The translations under genes and the position numbers were made by a program. Below are positions 23,901-36,088 of a stretch of 64,000 nt of DNA, piece after piece. The notes below the pieces were generated by a model, which saw only the letters and a list, made by a program, of their open reading frames with translations, was not told the DNA's origin and made no database searches. The DNA is from Cenococcum geophilum (Eukaryota). Location of the stretch: assembly GCA_050273025.1 (NCBI GenBank), contig CP158635.1:6138001-6202000 (forward strand). The letters are read 5' to 3'. Each line of letters opens with the position of its first letter. The first letter of the stretch is position 1.

Positions 23901-25922
23901 TTATAAGATATGGAGCACTAAGCAAAATCATATTAGATAGAGATTTAAGATTTATAGTAGCATTCTAGGAAGTGTTTTTAGCGGAGCAAGGAGTTTAAGT
24001 AGTAACTTTTACCGTATATTATCTATAGACAGACGGTTAAACGGAAAGGTTAAATTAAACGCTAGAGTAGTACCTAAGACATTATATTAATTATATATAA
24101 AATAATTGGGTATCGCTATTACTAGTTATATAATTCGCATATAATACAACACCTTAAGAAGGAATAGGTATATTACTATTTAAGGCAAATTATAGATACG
24201 AGCTAAGAACATCGTTATTACTACGGTAAGTAAAGAAAACGAGTAGTACAGCTAAAGAGAGAATAAAGATATTAATGAATCTTTATGCAGACCTTATAGA
24301 ATTAGCAAAGAAAGTATAAGAGAGAATAAAAAAGTACTATAATGCTAAGAGATCTAAGGGACCAGATTTTAAGGAGGGAGATAAAGTATAGCTACTATAC
24401 AAAAATTTTAAGAGTTAATGACTAAGCAAGAAATTGGACTACGTTAGACTAGGACCTTTTAAAATTACATAAAGGATTTTACCGGTCACGTTTAAGTTAA
24501 ACCTACTAGCTAAAATAAAGATCTACCCTATATAGTACATCGTAATGCTAGAGCTAGCATATAGGAATGTTAAGCCACCGGTTTATAAAGTAGACACGTA
24601 TAGAGGATAAGAAGAAGATAAATGGCAAGTATTAAAGATCGTTAATTATAAGAACATCGATAACGAGATATGGTATAAGGTTAAGTGGATAGGCTATACT
24701 AAGACTACTTGGGAGCTACTAGAGAATTTAAAAAACGCTATAGAAAAGGTATAGGAGTATTAGAAGAGATTAGGTTAGGTAGTATTAATAAAGAAGAATT
24801 ACTAAAGAATAAGTTACCTAAGGGGGACCTAAGAAGAGCAGTTGCCGAACTACTTAGATCTGTTTCCTTCTCTATTAGAAGAGAATCTATTTTTTTATTA
24901 CCTAGTTCCTATAGACCTTATTCTATAAGTTTTTACTCCTTAAAGTAAACCTTCTTATAAACGCGTTAAAGACGCTAAACTTTTATAAAGGTAGACTGCT
25001 AAGCCTTAAGGGCATAAGCAAATTCTTTGGATTAATGATAGGCTTTTACTAGCGCTGCGGTAAAATTACCCTTAAGTTTTTCTGCCTTAGATTAAACACG
25101 AGACCCTAAAATAAATTAATTAGGGAACTAGATGACTATTAAGAGTAATAGCTTACGTATATTTAATATTAGAGATAGAGCGAATATTATAGGATAACCG
25201 AATATTTGCTTTAGTGCACTCTAAATAAGAGGAAGGTTGCCAGGATAAAGGACTTGCTAACGTAACATAAACTAGCCCCTCTTTTATATAATAAGAACAC
25301 GGAGATAGTATTATCTCACTAAGAGACAATATTATAGCAACGGTACGAGACTAATAGGCTGTAGAGGAAGAAGAAGGTGCTTTAGGTATTATAAGTAACA
25401 ATATTAACTAAATTAATTAGACGGATATTATACCTCTAGTAAACGACCTAGAGATATTAGGTATCTTTAAGGACGAAGATAAAGAGGAGGAAGATGGTGT
25501 TACGGACGCTTTAAGTATAATATTACGACTACTTGGAGAGGAGTTAGAAGAAGCTAGTTGGTTAATATAAGTACGGTCTAGGATGGAACCCGTGGAACTA
25601 TGTAACGAGGAATAGTAAGTAAAGTCATATAATGTAATCTATATAATCTATATAATCTATAAGATTTATTATAAAGCGAATAGAGTAGATAGAGCAAATA
25701 GAGTAATAACTTTCTTAGGAGTACGGTTGTGTATTTAAGGACCCTTAATCCCTACCTAGATAGTTCCTTCCTCGTAGTAATTCTTAGAATATAATTAGAG
25801 TTAATCTGTTAGGCAACCACTCTACCAGTTATTATTACGTTGTTGACTTTTGTACTTGCATTTCCTATATACCTAGCCCATTGACGAACCTATTGTAGTT
25901 CTTGCTACAAGGTTCCGTTACA
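17997..25922 (+). mobile_element. Full-length Gypsy (chromovirus), copy 2, RIP-degraded
   Basis: 425-bp LTRs 17997-18421 and 25498-25922 (TG...CA), TSD TTAGA, PPT AAAGAGGAGGAAGATGG (25481-25497). Relics of gag CCHC (~19465), PR LIDSG (~21510), RT KIDLRWAYHQIRI (~22280), IN HPQTDGQTE (~24020) and chromodomain WYEVKW (~24670). Confidence 0.96.
24790..25389 (-). pseudogene. Antisense accessory gene inside the Gypsy: Zn2Cys6-like motif, intron, coiled-coil (RIP-mutated)
   Basis: Frame from 25389 reads PCSYYIKEGLVYVTLASPLSWQPSSYLECTKANIRLSY. Reverting four TAT codons to TGT gives C-x2-C-x6-C-x13-C-x2-C-x8-C. Intron-like (G)TACGT...CTAAT...TTTTAG at ~25160-25106. 3' limit is approximate. Confidence 0.65.
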
Positions 25923-27873
25923 TTAGAGAAATAAATAAAGAAAGTAAAAGAAGAATAGTGCTGCTTTAGGGCCCAGGCCTATATAAAGGAGGAAGGGAAA
26001 CGTATAAGAGGCCAGTAAAGATAATAGTAAGAGAGAGAAAGGAGCTAAAGTAAAGTATAAAAAAATGCTAGGAAACTATCTACCGTAATATAATACTGGC
26101 TAGACTAATACTAAAAAGGTATATAGGAGTTAAAGGTATAGAGGCTAACTAAGGCAAAAGAAACCTAAGCCGTAGCATAGTTAACGCTATAGGGGGTAAA
26201 TACTCTAGGGCTCTAAGAAGGCCTAATAAAGGTAGAAAATATAATAGCAACACTTTTAAGAACAGGAATAATAGGACTAAAAGACTGGCTCTACTGGGTA
26301 GGTATCCTAGTAGGTAGCCTAAGATGCGAATATAGCTGGCTAAGATAGACACCAAAACACGTAATACTATTATGCCCCTTACGCACTAACTAAGAAGTAA
26401 TGCTCTTAGTAGCTAGTATAGAGAACTATAATACACTACTCTTAATATAAAAAGGCCTTAAGGCGGTTACCTAGTAGCTTATTAGCTAAAATATACTAAA
26501 CCAGTTCCGGGTTACAAAGGAAATAGTAATAAAGGGCGGGGGGGGCGAGTAACGGGCGCCCCCTGATAACTCTATAGTGGTAAAGTAAAGTTTATAATAC
26601 TAGCGCGTCCGTAAGCTTATTACGGCAGCAGTAGTTTCTAAGAAGGTTAAAAAGTAAGGTAGTAAAGCACTATAGGTAACTCGTAGGCGCCTTACAGGCG
26701 CCTTATAGGCGAGTCCTAAAAGGCAAGGAGATAGATTATAGGGTTTTCTTAAATAGAGTTTTCTCCCTATATATATATAAGGAGTAGTCCGCGTGGGCCT
26801 AATAGGGATCCAAATCGGACGTTAAGCAATGAATAATAATAATAAGTATATATAATATTATAAAATAGTTATAAAAGAATTATATTATATTTAACTAATT
26901 TACTAATATTTTCTTACCTAAAACTAAATTATTTAGTAATAAAGCTTAATTATTATTTTTAAATAGCTATATAAGCCACTCTATAATTAAGTTTTTATTA
27001 AAATATGTATAATATAATATATAACTTATTTTTCTACTACTTTAATTAATATAATAACCCTTAAATCTATTCTATTTTTCCTTTATAAAATTAAACTATT
27101 AGGACTAAATTATAGAGCTTATACTTCTTAATAATATAACTTAAATTAAAGGGTACTATTTTACTAAGTACAACTATAAAGCCTTAAAAGAAGGCCTCTT
27201 AGCAAAAATAGTTAAATTTAGGTAGTATACCTTTAGTATTTATCTATAGAATCCGTATAAGGGCTTTAAGTCTTTATAGGTTAAAAATAAGGCTTTAATA
27301 GAGGCTTTAAGCTTTAAATAAGCTAATGGTAATTGGTTTAATATTATAGACACTCTAAAAAAGCCTTATAATATATATTAGGTAATTTATAGCCTTTATA
27401 ACGAGTATATACTTAATTAAAAGACTTAGTTACTTTTATAAAGAGGAAGTCAACAACTTAAGCAACTTACTGTAGAGGCTATATATAAAGACGCTTAAAT
27501 ATATAGCTTGGGATCACAGCTTAAAGGCCTTAAAGGCCTAAAATTTTATAGGTAGGCAGCTATAGATCTAAATATATAATTTATAAATATATAATTGATT
27601 AAATAAGATATAAAGGAAGTAGAGGAGAAAGAGGATAAAATAAGGGCAAAGGAGTTAAGAGTAAAGCCTTAAAAGGCGTCAGATAGAAAGGCCAGGGCTA
27701 GTTTACTAAATAGCACATAGGGGTAGAATATTAGATTGATTTGGTTAAGAATAGATAGCTTTAAAAGTGGTAGGGTTTGATTTGCTTAAGTGGCCGAGTT
27801 CTAGGGGTCCGAGCTTAACTCTTATTAGCACCTACTTAATTACTTCTGTAATCGGAAACTAGAGAAAGGTTAT

Positions 27874-30800
27874 TGTTGGTCACATAGGGTGACTCACTAA
27901 TAACGACTACTCGAGTAGGTTACAGTGATGTTGGTTAATAAAGCTTCTTAATTAGAATGAGGAAGGGCGAGGAGCCTAAGACTCCTCGCCACGCTAGTGC
28001 CGCGGCGTCACGTAACAACCGCTTGCCTCATTCCCGACACTAGCAACTCTTCTTTTATAGTTGCCATCTATATACAAATACTGCTTAACTAGCGTAACAA
28101 ATATAAATCCTCCTTACTTACTATTGCTATTATAATATAAGTCTTGCTGTCCTAAAATTTGCCTCTTAGCACGTGGTACTCTCTTACTGAGGGGTCATAG
28201 GTAGATATTGTGTTAGGGCCGCTAAGGCGCTAGTCGTAAGCGAGCTAATAGCGATTTTCCATCCCGGGGATGGAAAATCCTAATTGGCTGGGTTAAGTTA
28301 GGGTCTGTAAAATGTTATACCCCCCCCTTTAAAAAAGTTTTAGCAAGAGAATCTAACTAATTAGATAACTTTAACCGCTGGTTGAAGTTCCTAAATATCT
28401 TAAGACCTTACGTGACTAAGAAATTTCTAGGGACTCCCTTTTAACCCAACCTTTAACTTATATACGTAGAGTATTCGTATTAATAAACGTCTCTAGTGCC
28501 TTATTTGGGTTCGCCTTTATTATAGCATCTACCGGGTTATCTTAGCTATTAATCTATTAAATCTTAAAGAGTTCTTAATGTTTATAGGATTGCTAAAGTA
28601 CTATAATATTAATTATAAGGCGCTTCTTCTTTATAGTACCGAGCTTGACTAAACATTTATAGAGGGAATATAAGTTAGTGTATACGATTATAGGGATAAC
28701 AGAAAGTTTAAGTCGATCTATAATTATCTTTAGGGTAGTTCCAATTATAATTGCTATATTAACTCCGCTAACTATTCTATATATCTCTAACGCTAAAATA
28801 CTTTAGGTAATGCGCTTGCTCTTAGTTAAGCTCTAATAGATAAGATTACTATAGATTATAAAGTCATTCTCTTTAGTAAATTTGTTTGTAATAATAATCT
28901 TATATCCTAACTAGGAGCTAAAATCTTTATTATTTATAAACGATCTATTAATAAATATAAAGAGCTTAGCGGTAGGAAGATTAATAGGTACGTAGAGTAG
29001 TCCCCGATTGAGATGGTTTATTTACCAGAAAAGACGTTTATTTAGGGCAAGAACATTGTCCTTAGTTAGTTTCTGGTATTAGGCAGTAATAGAGAGATTA
29101 AATAAAGCCTTAGGTTAATAAATAGAAGCAATATAAGCTCCGTAAGCACGTTGCTCTATATATCCTTACTTTAGAGAATTAACGTTAATAACGTTAATCT
29201 TCTTACCTTAACCCTTCTAGCGCAAAGCAATAGAATCCTCGTTTAGGGAGAGGATACATTTATTAAAGAGTAATAGTATTATTAAATTAAGCTTTTCTTT
29301 TAGCTTTGCTATAAGATTTGCCTTTACTAGCTTATCTTCTTTAAGAGCTAAGAATTGGTCATCTCCTAAGATAATTGTATTATTAGTCTATATGCTAACG
29401 ATTCCAAACAAAGTTCCTGTGGTTATAATAAGGAAGTAGGGATTAAATATAGATGTAGTTATTAAAAGCTTCTCTTTATAGTGCTTGCTATAAGTAGCCC
29501 ACCAGTGAGTTCCTACCTCTGCGATTCCGTATAATGGCTTAAGCATAACTATAATCGTATCTTTGGGATATTGGTGGCGAATTTGCTCTAGAAGGTGCGC
29601 TAATATTAAGCGCTAAAGGTGCGTCTCTAATTGGGTGTAGGCCTAAGTAATATCTCGTAGATAGACCGCCATTCTATTCTTTATTAAGGAGGGAGCTAGC
29701 GTAACAATGACTTACTAACTAGCTCGTTAAATTATAGGAGATTACGTAAGAATTACCTCCTTACTATTATTGTTATAACCTTAGATAATAAGCCTTAATT
29801 TCTTAAATAGGGCGTTAGTAGCTTTGCCTTTAATCTTATTAACTATTCTTAACTTAAAGATACAAACTTCGTCGAACTTAGTAGGGTTATACTTCTTAAA
29901 TTTAAAGACTCCTCTTATAATAAGACCATCGATCTCCTACTTGTCGGATACTTAGAAAGAAGCTCTAGGAGTTATAATACGACCTTCCTTTCGGAGCTGT
30001 TTTGCGAGCTTAAAGTTAGCCTTCTCCTTAGCTGTTATAAAGGCTATTAATAACTTAACTCCATTCTTAATGGCGGCAATAAATTGCTCTTTAAAATTAA
30101 TAAGATGTTGGCGATTTTGTAATCCCTTTAGGCGACCTCTACCGCGTCGTGGTTACGGCGTATCTACTACAATTATATTAGAATTGTGGTCGCCTTCTAG
30201 AGCATATTAATCGTGGCTCTCCTTTAGGGCATTTTCTATAGTATCCTACAAAGGCTTAAAGCTATTATCTTTGTAGTAAGGCTTAATAACAGTTAAATGG
30301 AATTAAGTGGGTCTGTAAGGTATCTAAATAGTATAAGTCTAACTATTAATTGTAATAAGTTAATATGGGCCTAACTATCCTCCCTTTTTACGCTATACGC
30401 GTACCTTAGACTAGAGTGGTAGATTAAGCATAGTTAAGGTATTTGGGCCATTTCTTATTCCTAGTGCATTGTTAACCTAGCGTGTAGCGTAGAGACGTTA
30501 TACCTCCTTTATTACCTTGCGAATAGCCTTAGCTTATTATATAACAGAGGGAGATAGTAGAGAATTATTAGTTATTTAAGGGTAGGCGCTAAAGACTAGT
30601 AACATGGGTATAAGTCTATCTAGGCCAGCAGAATTATTAACGGCTTTAATGGCCATTTACAAGGTAAGTTCTTCACTAGCGTCCTTTAGTTCTAAAGAGA
30701 TAATCTTATATACACGGCGTAATGGCGCGTAATATCGCTCTACTTTTCTAATACTATTATATGCCTTAACGGGGACTTCCTTAACCTTAATTGCTATTGC

Positions 30801-33800
30801 CTTTATCTATTATCAAAACTCTATAAATAAGAAGTTCTTTCCTATATTATGGACGATTTAATTAGGGGGTCCTAGGTAGACATTAATCTAGCATAATTAA
30901 AGGGTATCCCATGCGTTCCTAGCTGATATATCCTTTAAGAAACGTGCGGCTTAGAAGGAGGTTAAGAAGTTAATAACTTGGAGTACTGGCTTGCCGCTAA
31001 GATATATAACGTTAACGATAATATAGAAGTTAAAGTCGTAGTTATCTTTAAGGGTGAACTTAAATTGGCTAGGGGACTTCTGGTTTATTTGGCAGTAATA
31101 GCAGTACTTTATAAGATGCTTAATTGCCTTAACCTTAACTTTATAGCCTGCTCGCTAAAGAACCCTAAGCAATTAATAGACGGATAGGTGGCCAAAATAA
31201 TAGTATAGTTGACGTAACTCTAACTTAGTTAGGTGGCTCTAAGTAATACTCTTTTCTAGTTAATAAAGGAGCAACTAAGGGTGACCCTACTTGCGTATAA
31301 CAGGTACCCGACTATCTCCCTATACGAGCATATTCTTAAGGTTATTAAGCTTAACACCTAATTTATTTATATCTCCAATGCAAAATAGAAATAGAGTATT
31401 TATAGAAACAACGTAGAAAGTAATATACCCTAAGGGGGTTTGGACCCTAATTGTGCCAAGAGAGATTATAGTACCCTTACTAAAATGAATCGTATATTGG
31501 CCTGCCGTTAAATAGTTAATCTAAATAGAGTTATTAAGCTGCTAAAGGGCTCGAACTTGAGGTTCTCCTGCTATAGATACTCCTACGGCTCTAGTATCTG
31601 GTATAATACCATAAAAGACATTCGCCGAGTATCTATCGTCGAAGGAGAACGCGAAGCTCTCCTTTGGCTTATTAAAGATATCTAACTTCGTAATAGAATG
31701 GAGCGTAGATTAGTTATTAAGAACAGCGACGATTTATATACCATCTACCTTACTATACTTAGTGAAGTATTAGTCGGGTAAGTAGTCCTCAATTTCTATA
31801 TCCATAAGGAGCTGTTCGGCCTTATTAACCTCACCCTTAAGATCTTCTACGCCTTTATATTAAACCAAGAAGCTTTAAAAGTAGGCCGCAGTAACCTCAC
31901 AATTTCTAATATTTCTTATACTCTGGCAAAACTTATTATATGCCTCCTTTTGTTTATTAAGAGAATGCCTAGTTAACCAGCAATTCGGTTTCTTATAAAC
32001 GTAGCACTTCTTTTAGCAATTACTTTGAAATAAACCTCTATAAGGACCTCTACCTTTGCCTTATAGTTGTTAATTATACCCTCTACCATATTGCCTACCA
32101 CGGCTACTATATATTCGATCAGTCCAGTTATAGTTATATTAGTTAGGCGGGTTAATTAAAGTAGGTTAAAGTTAGGCGTTAAATTACTATACTTCTTAAG
32201 AGCATAGAGCGGTGCTAATAAAAGATCTTAATTAAGCACACACTCCTTTATAAGTATTTACAGAATTAAAGAGAGTAAGATTGTATTCTTTAACGCCTTA
32301 GCATGCGCTAATAACTTAATCACGTAGGCTAAAATCCTCTTAATATAATTTGGATAAACTACGCTAAATTATCTAAAGTTAATTAAAGAGCTTTTAAAGA
32401 TAATTAAGCTAAGGGATACCTGGGTTTATAGCAATAATCCTTAAAAAGGTAGTCTCTCTCCATTCTAACATATACTGCTACTTATTCTCTTCTATTTTAA
32501 AGTGGCATCTTAATATATATATCATGCGGTTAAAATTATATCCTTTTCCTACCAAACGATCGTAATAGAAGGTACTAGCTCGGCCCTTAAGCATAACGAA
32601 ATAGGCGTTGTAGTATTAATTAGACTCTATTCCTACCTTCTAGCAATAGTTGTAGAAGATACGTAGTTTCGAATTAAGAACATTATATAATTCCCCGCTA
32701 AACTTCTTCTCCTAATCTAAGTAGAGCTTTGCAAGCTCTGTAAGCAATTTTAAACTACCTCTAATTTAAGATTAAGATAGAGGAGGTGGGAGTTGCATTA
32801 TAGGCTGTAGTAGGGACGTAGGTCTAGTCGGTAGAGTCTAAAGGTCATTAAATTGCAAAGCAATAAGATCCTACGCCTGCTCTCGTTGGGGTATAGTATC
32901 CGACGTTGAGGTTACGGGTTAAATTGGATACAGAGGAGTTAAAGGCAGAGGTAGGTTCGTCTCTAAAGGTGTATTACTTAGGTTCCATCATAAGTTAAGC
33001 TTCCTTATAGTGCGTAGTTAGTGCTTAATTTCTTATAGAGTCCATTTATGCTCTTCTTTTACGTTAATAACCTGCTCCTAAATATTGTCTCTAATAGTAC
33101 CCCCGTCCATAGGTACAAATACTCCATACTCCCGCAAGAAGTTACGGAAGTCTTGTATAATATCCTTCTTTACAGGAGCCTATGTTTCCTTTATCCATCT
33201 AATAAAGTCCTCCCTTATACAGTACCATAGCATAATATTGTTGTATTCGCTGTCTTTATAGTATACTATACGGTATAATAAGAATCTATTTAGGTCCTGT
33301 TGCTTAGCGTTTACAAAGTCGATTATATTGGTATTCCATATTTCCGGGTTAATGTCCTTCTCGTACTTCTTTAGATAGGTTAACGCCATAATAGCGGACG
33401 TGCGTAGGTGGAATTGGGTATTAATCGTGATCCTAAAATCTGCGAAGGTACACGGAGGGTGTTAAGGTAGTTGTTTAACGCGTTTCAGACATTAACTTAG
33501 GACCCTAGGTTCAGTAACACTTTTAACCTAAAGTACTTAACCAAATCTTCGTAAACGCGGTTGTTCTACATAATAGACGCAACTTGGTATCTCCTACTAC
33601 TTAGTAACACTTCTATTACTAGTTTTCCGCAAGTCTAAGGTAGCACAGTATTGCCGGAATCCATTCTATATAAGCGCATATAGCACCCCTACATAAGACT
33701 GTCTCTTCTGTTCGAAAACCTAGCTGCTCTATAGTTAACTGTGTATTTAACTACTGATTAGTGTTAGTCACATAGGGTAACTCACCAATAACGACTACTC

Positions 33801-33927
33801 GAGTAGGTTATAGTGATGTTGGTTAATAAAGCTTCTTAATTAGAATAAGGAAGGGCGAGGAGCCTAAGACTCCTCGCCACGCTAGTGCCGCGGCGTCACG
33901 TGACGACCGCTTGCCTCATTCCCGACA
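27874..33927 (-). mobile_element. Ty1/Copia LTR retrotransposon, GalEa-like, full length, RIP-degraded
   Basis: 166-bp LTRs 27874-28039 and 33762-33927, TSD GTTAT. CTAATCAGT directly after the 5' LTR matches the hairpin site CTGATCAGT reported for Pezizomycotina GalEa. Domain order: gag (ATG 33389), PR DTGA relic (~31600), IN HRxFGH (~31200), RT QTDD relic (~29385), RH NP(A)DA(M)TK (~28535). Confidence 0.93.
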
Positions 33928-35648
33928 GTTATAAAACTGCTAATAATATTAATAAGTTTAAGGGCGGTTTTATAGATAACTTGGAGCTATACTAGTCCTT
34001 TAAGGCCCTATATACCCGCGTTAAAAATACTAATAGAGTTAAAATTAAGGATTTTAACAGGCTTAGTAATAGGGAGCTTAATTATAACTACGACTGGAGT
34101 ACGTATTAGGGTATATACCTACAGCTTAATAAGAGGACTTATTAGCAGGAAGTACGGCTATAGCCTCTACCGTAGAGCTACCTATATCTATAACGTTATA
34201 GTTAATTACTATAGGTAGATCTAAGTGGGCCTTAATAGAGAGATAGGAACTAGTAAATTATATCTTATTACTATCCTCTCTACTACGCTCTATAATATGG
34301 CAAGGGTTAATAATAAGCTAATATTATTAGCTTAAGCGGCCCCTACTAGGGTAGCTGCCTTTAGTATTAACGGCAGAACTATATATAATCTATTAAGGTT
34401 ACTAGTAAATTGCCCGTTTAAAGAATTACCTATTATTAGTCTTACACCTCTATAGTAAGCTTTTAAGGATATTTACTATCTTATCCTTAATGAGAAATCT
34501 ATAATTAGGTAAGTATATTTAGCCTAGATTAATTGCCGCCTTTATTAAATCTACCCTATACGTAACTATAACTACTTTAAAGGCTTAAACATCTTATTAA
34601 TAGGCGATTTCAATTAGCTTCCCCTTATAAATTAGGCGGCCTTATATAGAAATCTACTCGCTAAGCTATTAGAGCTCGCTAGCTATAAAAAAGAAGCCTA
34701 TAAGGTAATTAACCAAACTACTATTCTAGATTAAGTTATATAGTAGGGCGGTAATAACGCTAAGAGCTCTATATTTAGGACCGCCCTTATAGAGTTATAT
34801 AGTAATTCTATAAGTAATTTAACTTAGAAACTTCTTTTAACTAGGTATAAGTAGGGGCTATCCACCAATAAGGTTACAGGCTTTAATAATGTAATTTAGC
34901 TATATAGTATACGCGCTACTATAAGTAAGTATAACACTACTTAGCTTCGCGACCTTTTATAGCCAGTAGTGGCTATTAAGTTAATTAATACTAGTAGAGG
35001 TATGCGGAAAGTTACTTTTAATTAGTGCGATACTATAGAGAGGCTAGTCCTATATATTAGCGCAAAAGTAATACTAATATAAAATATCTGGATTAAACTA
35101 GGCTTAGTAAATGGTACTACTAGTATAGTTAAAAATGTCGTATAGAATGGATACGTGGATATTAAAAAGGATTAGCCTTAATTACTACTAATTATAGTAA
35201 ATAGGTATAACGGACCTGCCCTATTTACTTAGCAGAACGGTAAGAAAGTTATCCCTATATTTTCCGTATTTTATAAGTAGGAGGGTATAAAAGGCTCTTG
35301 CTTACAGCGTTAATTTTTAATTACTTTAGCTTTTACTTTTACTATATATAAAAGCTAGGGCCTAATACTTAACTAGGTAGTTCTAGATATTAAGAAAAAG
35401 GATAAAATAGCCGGATTAACCTATATAGCAATCTTACGAGTTAAGAAGCTTTTAGGGCTTATATTTAAACATAGGTTTAATATAAAACGATTTTAGTTAT
35501 CTATAAGACTAAAGAGGTATAATAAGAAGATTTTATACGGAGGTAGTAATAGCTACTTATAAACGACTTTTCCTAAATAGGAAATTATATGCTAGTTTAG
35601 AGGTAAGCGGAGAATATAATATTCGTTTTAGTTTTTTATTTTTAAATA

Positions 35649-35862
35649 CGGAGGTACGTTTTAAAAGTCTTCGCCGCCTCTTATTAGGCGGTCTTATAGG
35701 TAGTAGCTACCTTAAGGTTAGTAGGGCAACGGGCTAGAAGCCGCCTAATGGCGCCTAAGGCCCCTTAGAACCGGCTTAGAATGCGCCTAATTTTCGGCTA
35801 TATATAGGCTTTTTAGGCTTAATCTAGGTAGGGCCGGTAAAGACTTTTAAAACGTACCTCTG
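35649..35862. mobile_element. MITE, ~28-bp TIRs, TA TSD (Tc1/mariner-type)
   Basis: TA|CGGAGGTACGTTTTAAAAGTCTT ... AAGACTTTTAAAACGTACCTCTG|TA. Confidence 0.85.
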
Positions 35863-36088
35863 TAGCTTAACCGCGAAATCTAATTTTTATTTTTATTTTT
35901 AACCCCCCTATCTATTCTACCTTTTTACCGCTTCTGAAGCTATTAGATATACATATAATGGTATATAAAGAGAATTAGCAGTATTGCCAGATTAATATTA
36001 CTACTGTCTATAGCGTTAATTAATTTTTAGAAAATTTTAAGCTTTTTTTTAAATGGCGAGAAATATTGCTTATATAAAGAGTTACGTA

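Larger units (their letters stand above)
14628..26842 (+). mobile_element. Tad1-like LINE, copy 2, 5'-truncated, with (AAT)n tail and 14-bp TSD; hosts two insertions
   Basis: TSD TAAGTATATATAAT at 14614-14627 and 26843-26856. RT motifs SYRPIALENTLSKIL (~15745), GIxQGxPFSPILF (~17167) and GFVDD relic (~17263). C-terminal Cys/His relic at ~26325-26375. Tail GAATAATAATAATAA. Confidence 0.93.
13820..27815 (+). mobile_element. pogo/Fot1 DDE DNA transposon relic, split by a LINE (13820-14627 and 26843-27815)
   Basis: TIRs TA|AGCTCGGACCCTTAGAACTCGGC and GCCGAGTTCTAGGGGTCCGAGCT|TA. HTH relic YNVPLSxLSD (~14010) and degraded LP...QPLD region (~27035-27065). Confidence 0.85.
12005..35560 (+). mobile_element. 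Helitron Rep/PIF1-helicase relic in pieces (12005-12159, 12597-13819, 27816-27873, 33928-~35560), interrupted by nested TEs
   Basis: Rep motifs after de-RIP: FFTLSADDLHW (~12076), EWQxRGGGHxHGFLW (~12740), YIGKYCSK (~13236), RDWSAQE (~13378). PIF1 motifs: GxxGTGKS (~34240), APTGVAA (~34338), ILDEKSM (~34483), GDFNQLPP (~34603), T(V/I)HKSQGLT (~35341). Termini not identified. Confidence 0.88.

Noticed and set aside
1..26842. Large inverted segmental duplication (Gypsy plus LINE on both strands)
   Set aside because: The Gypsy junctions differ, each insertion in copy 2 has its own TSD, and the LINE truncation points differ. These are independent insertions.
4396..33389. Short ORF-track entries within the TE blocks (e.g. 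4396, 4806, 16046, 24709, 26149, 30978, 33048)
   Set aside because: Chance or residual frames in RIP-mutated transposon DNA. 33180-33389 is simply the Copia gag start.
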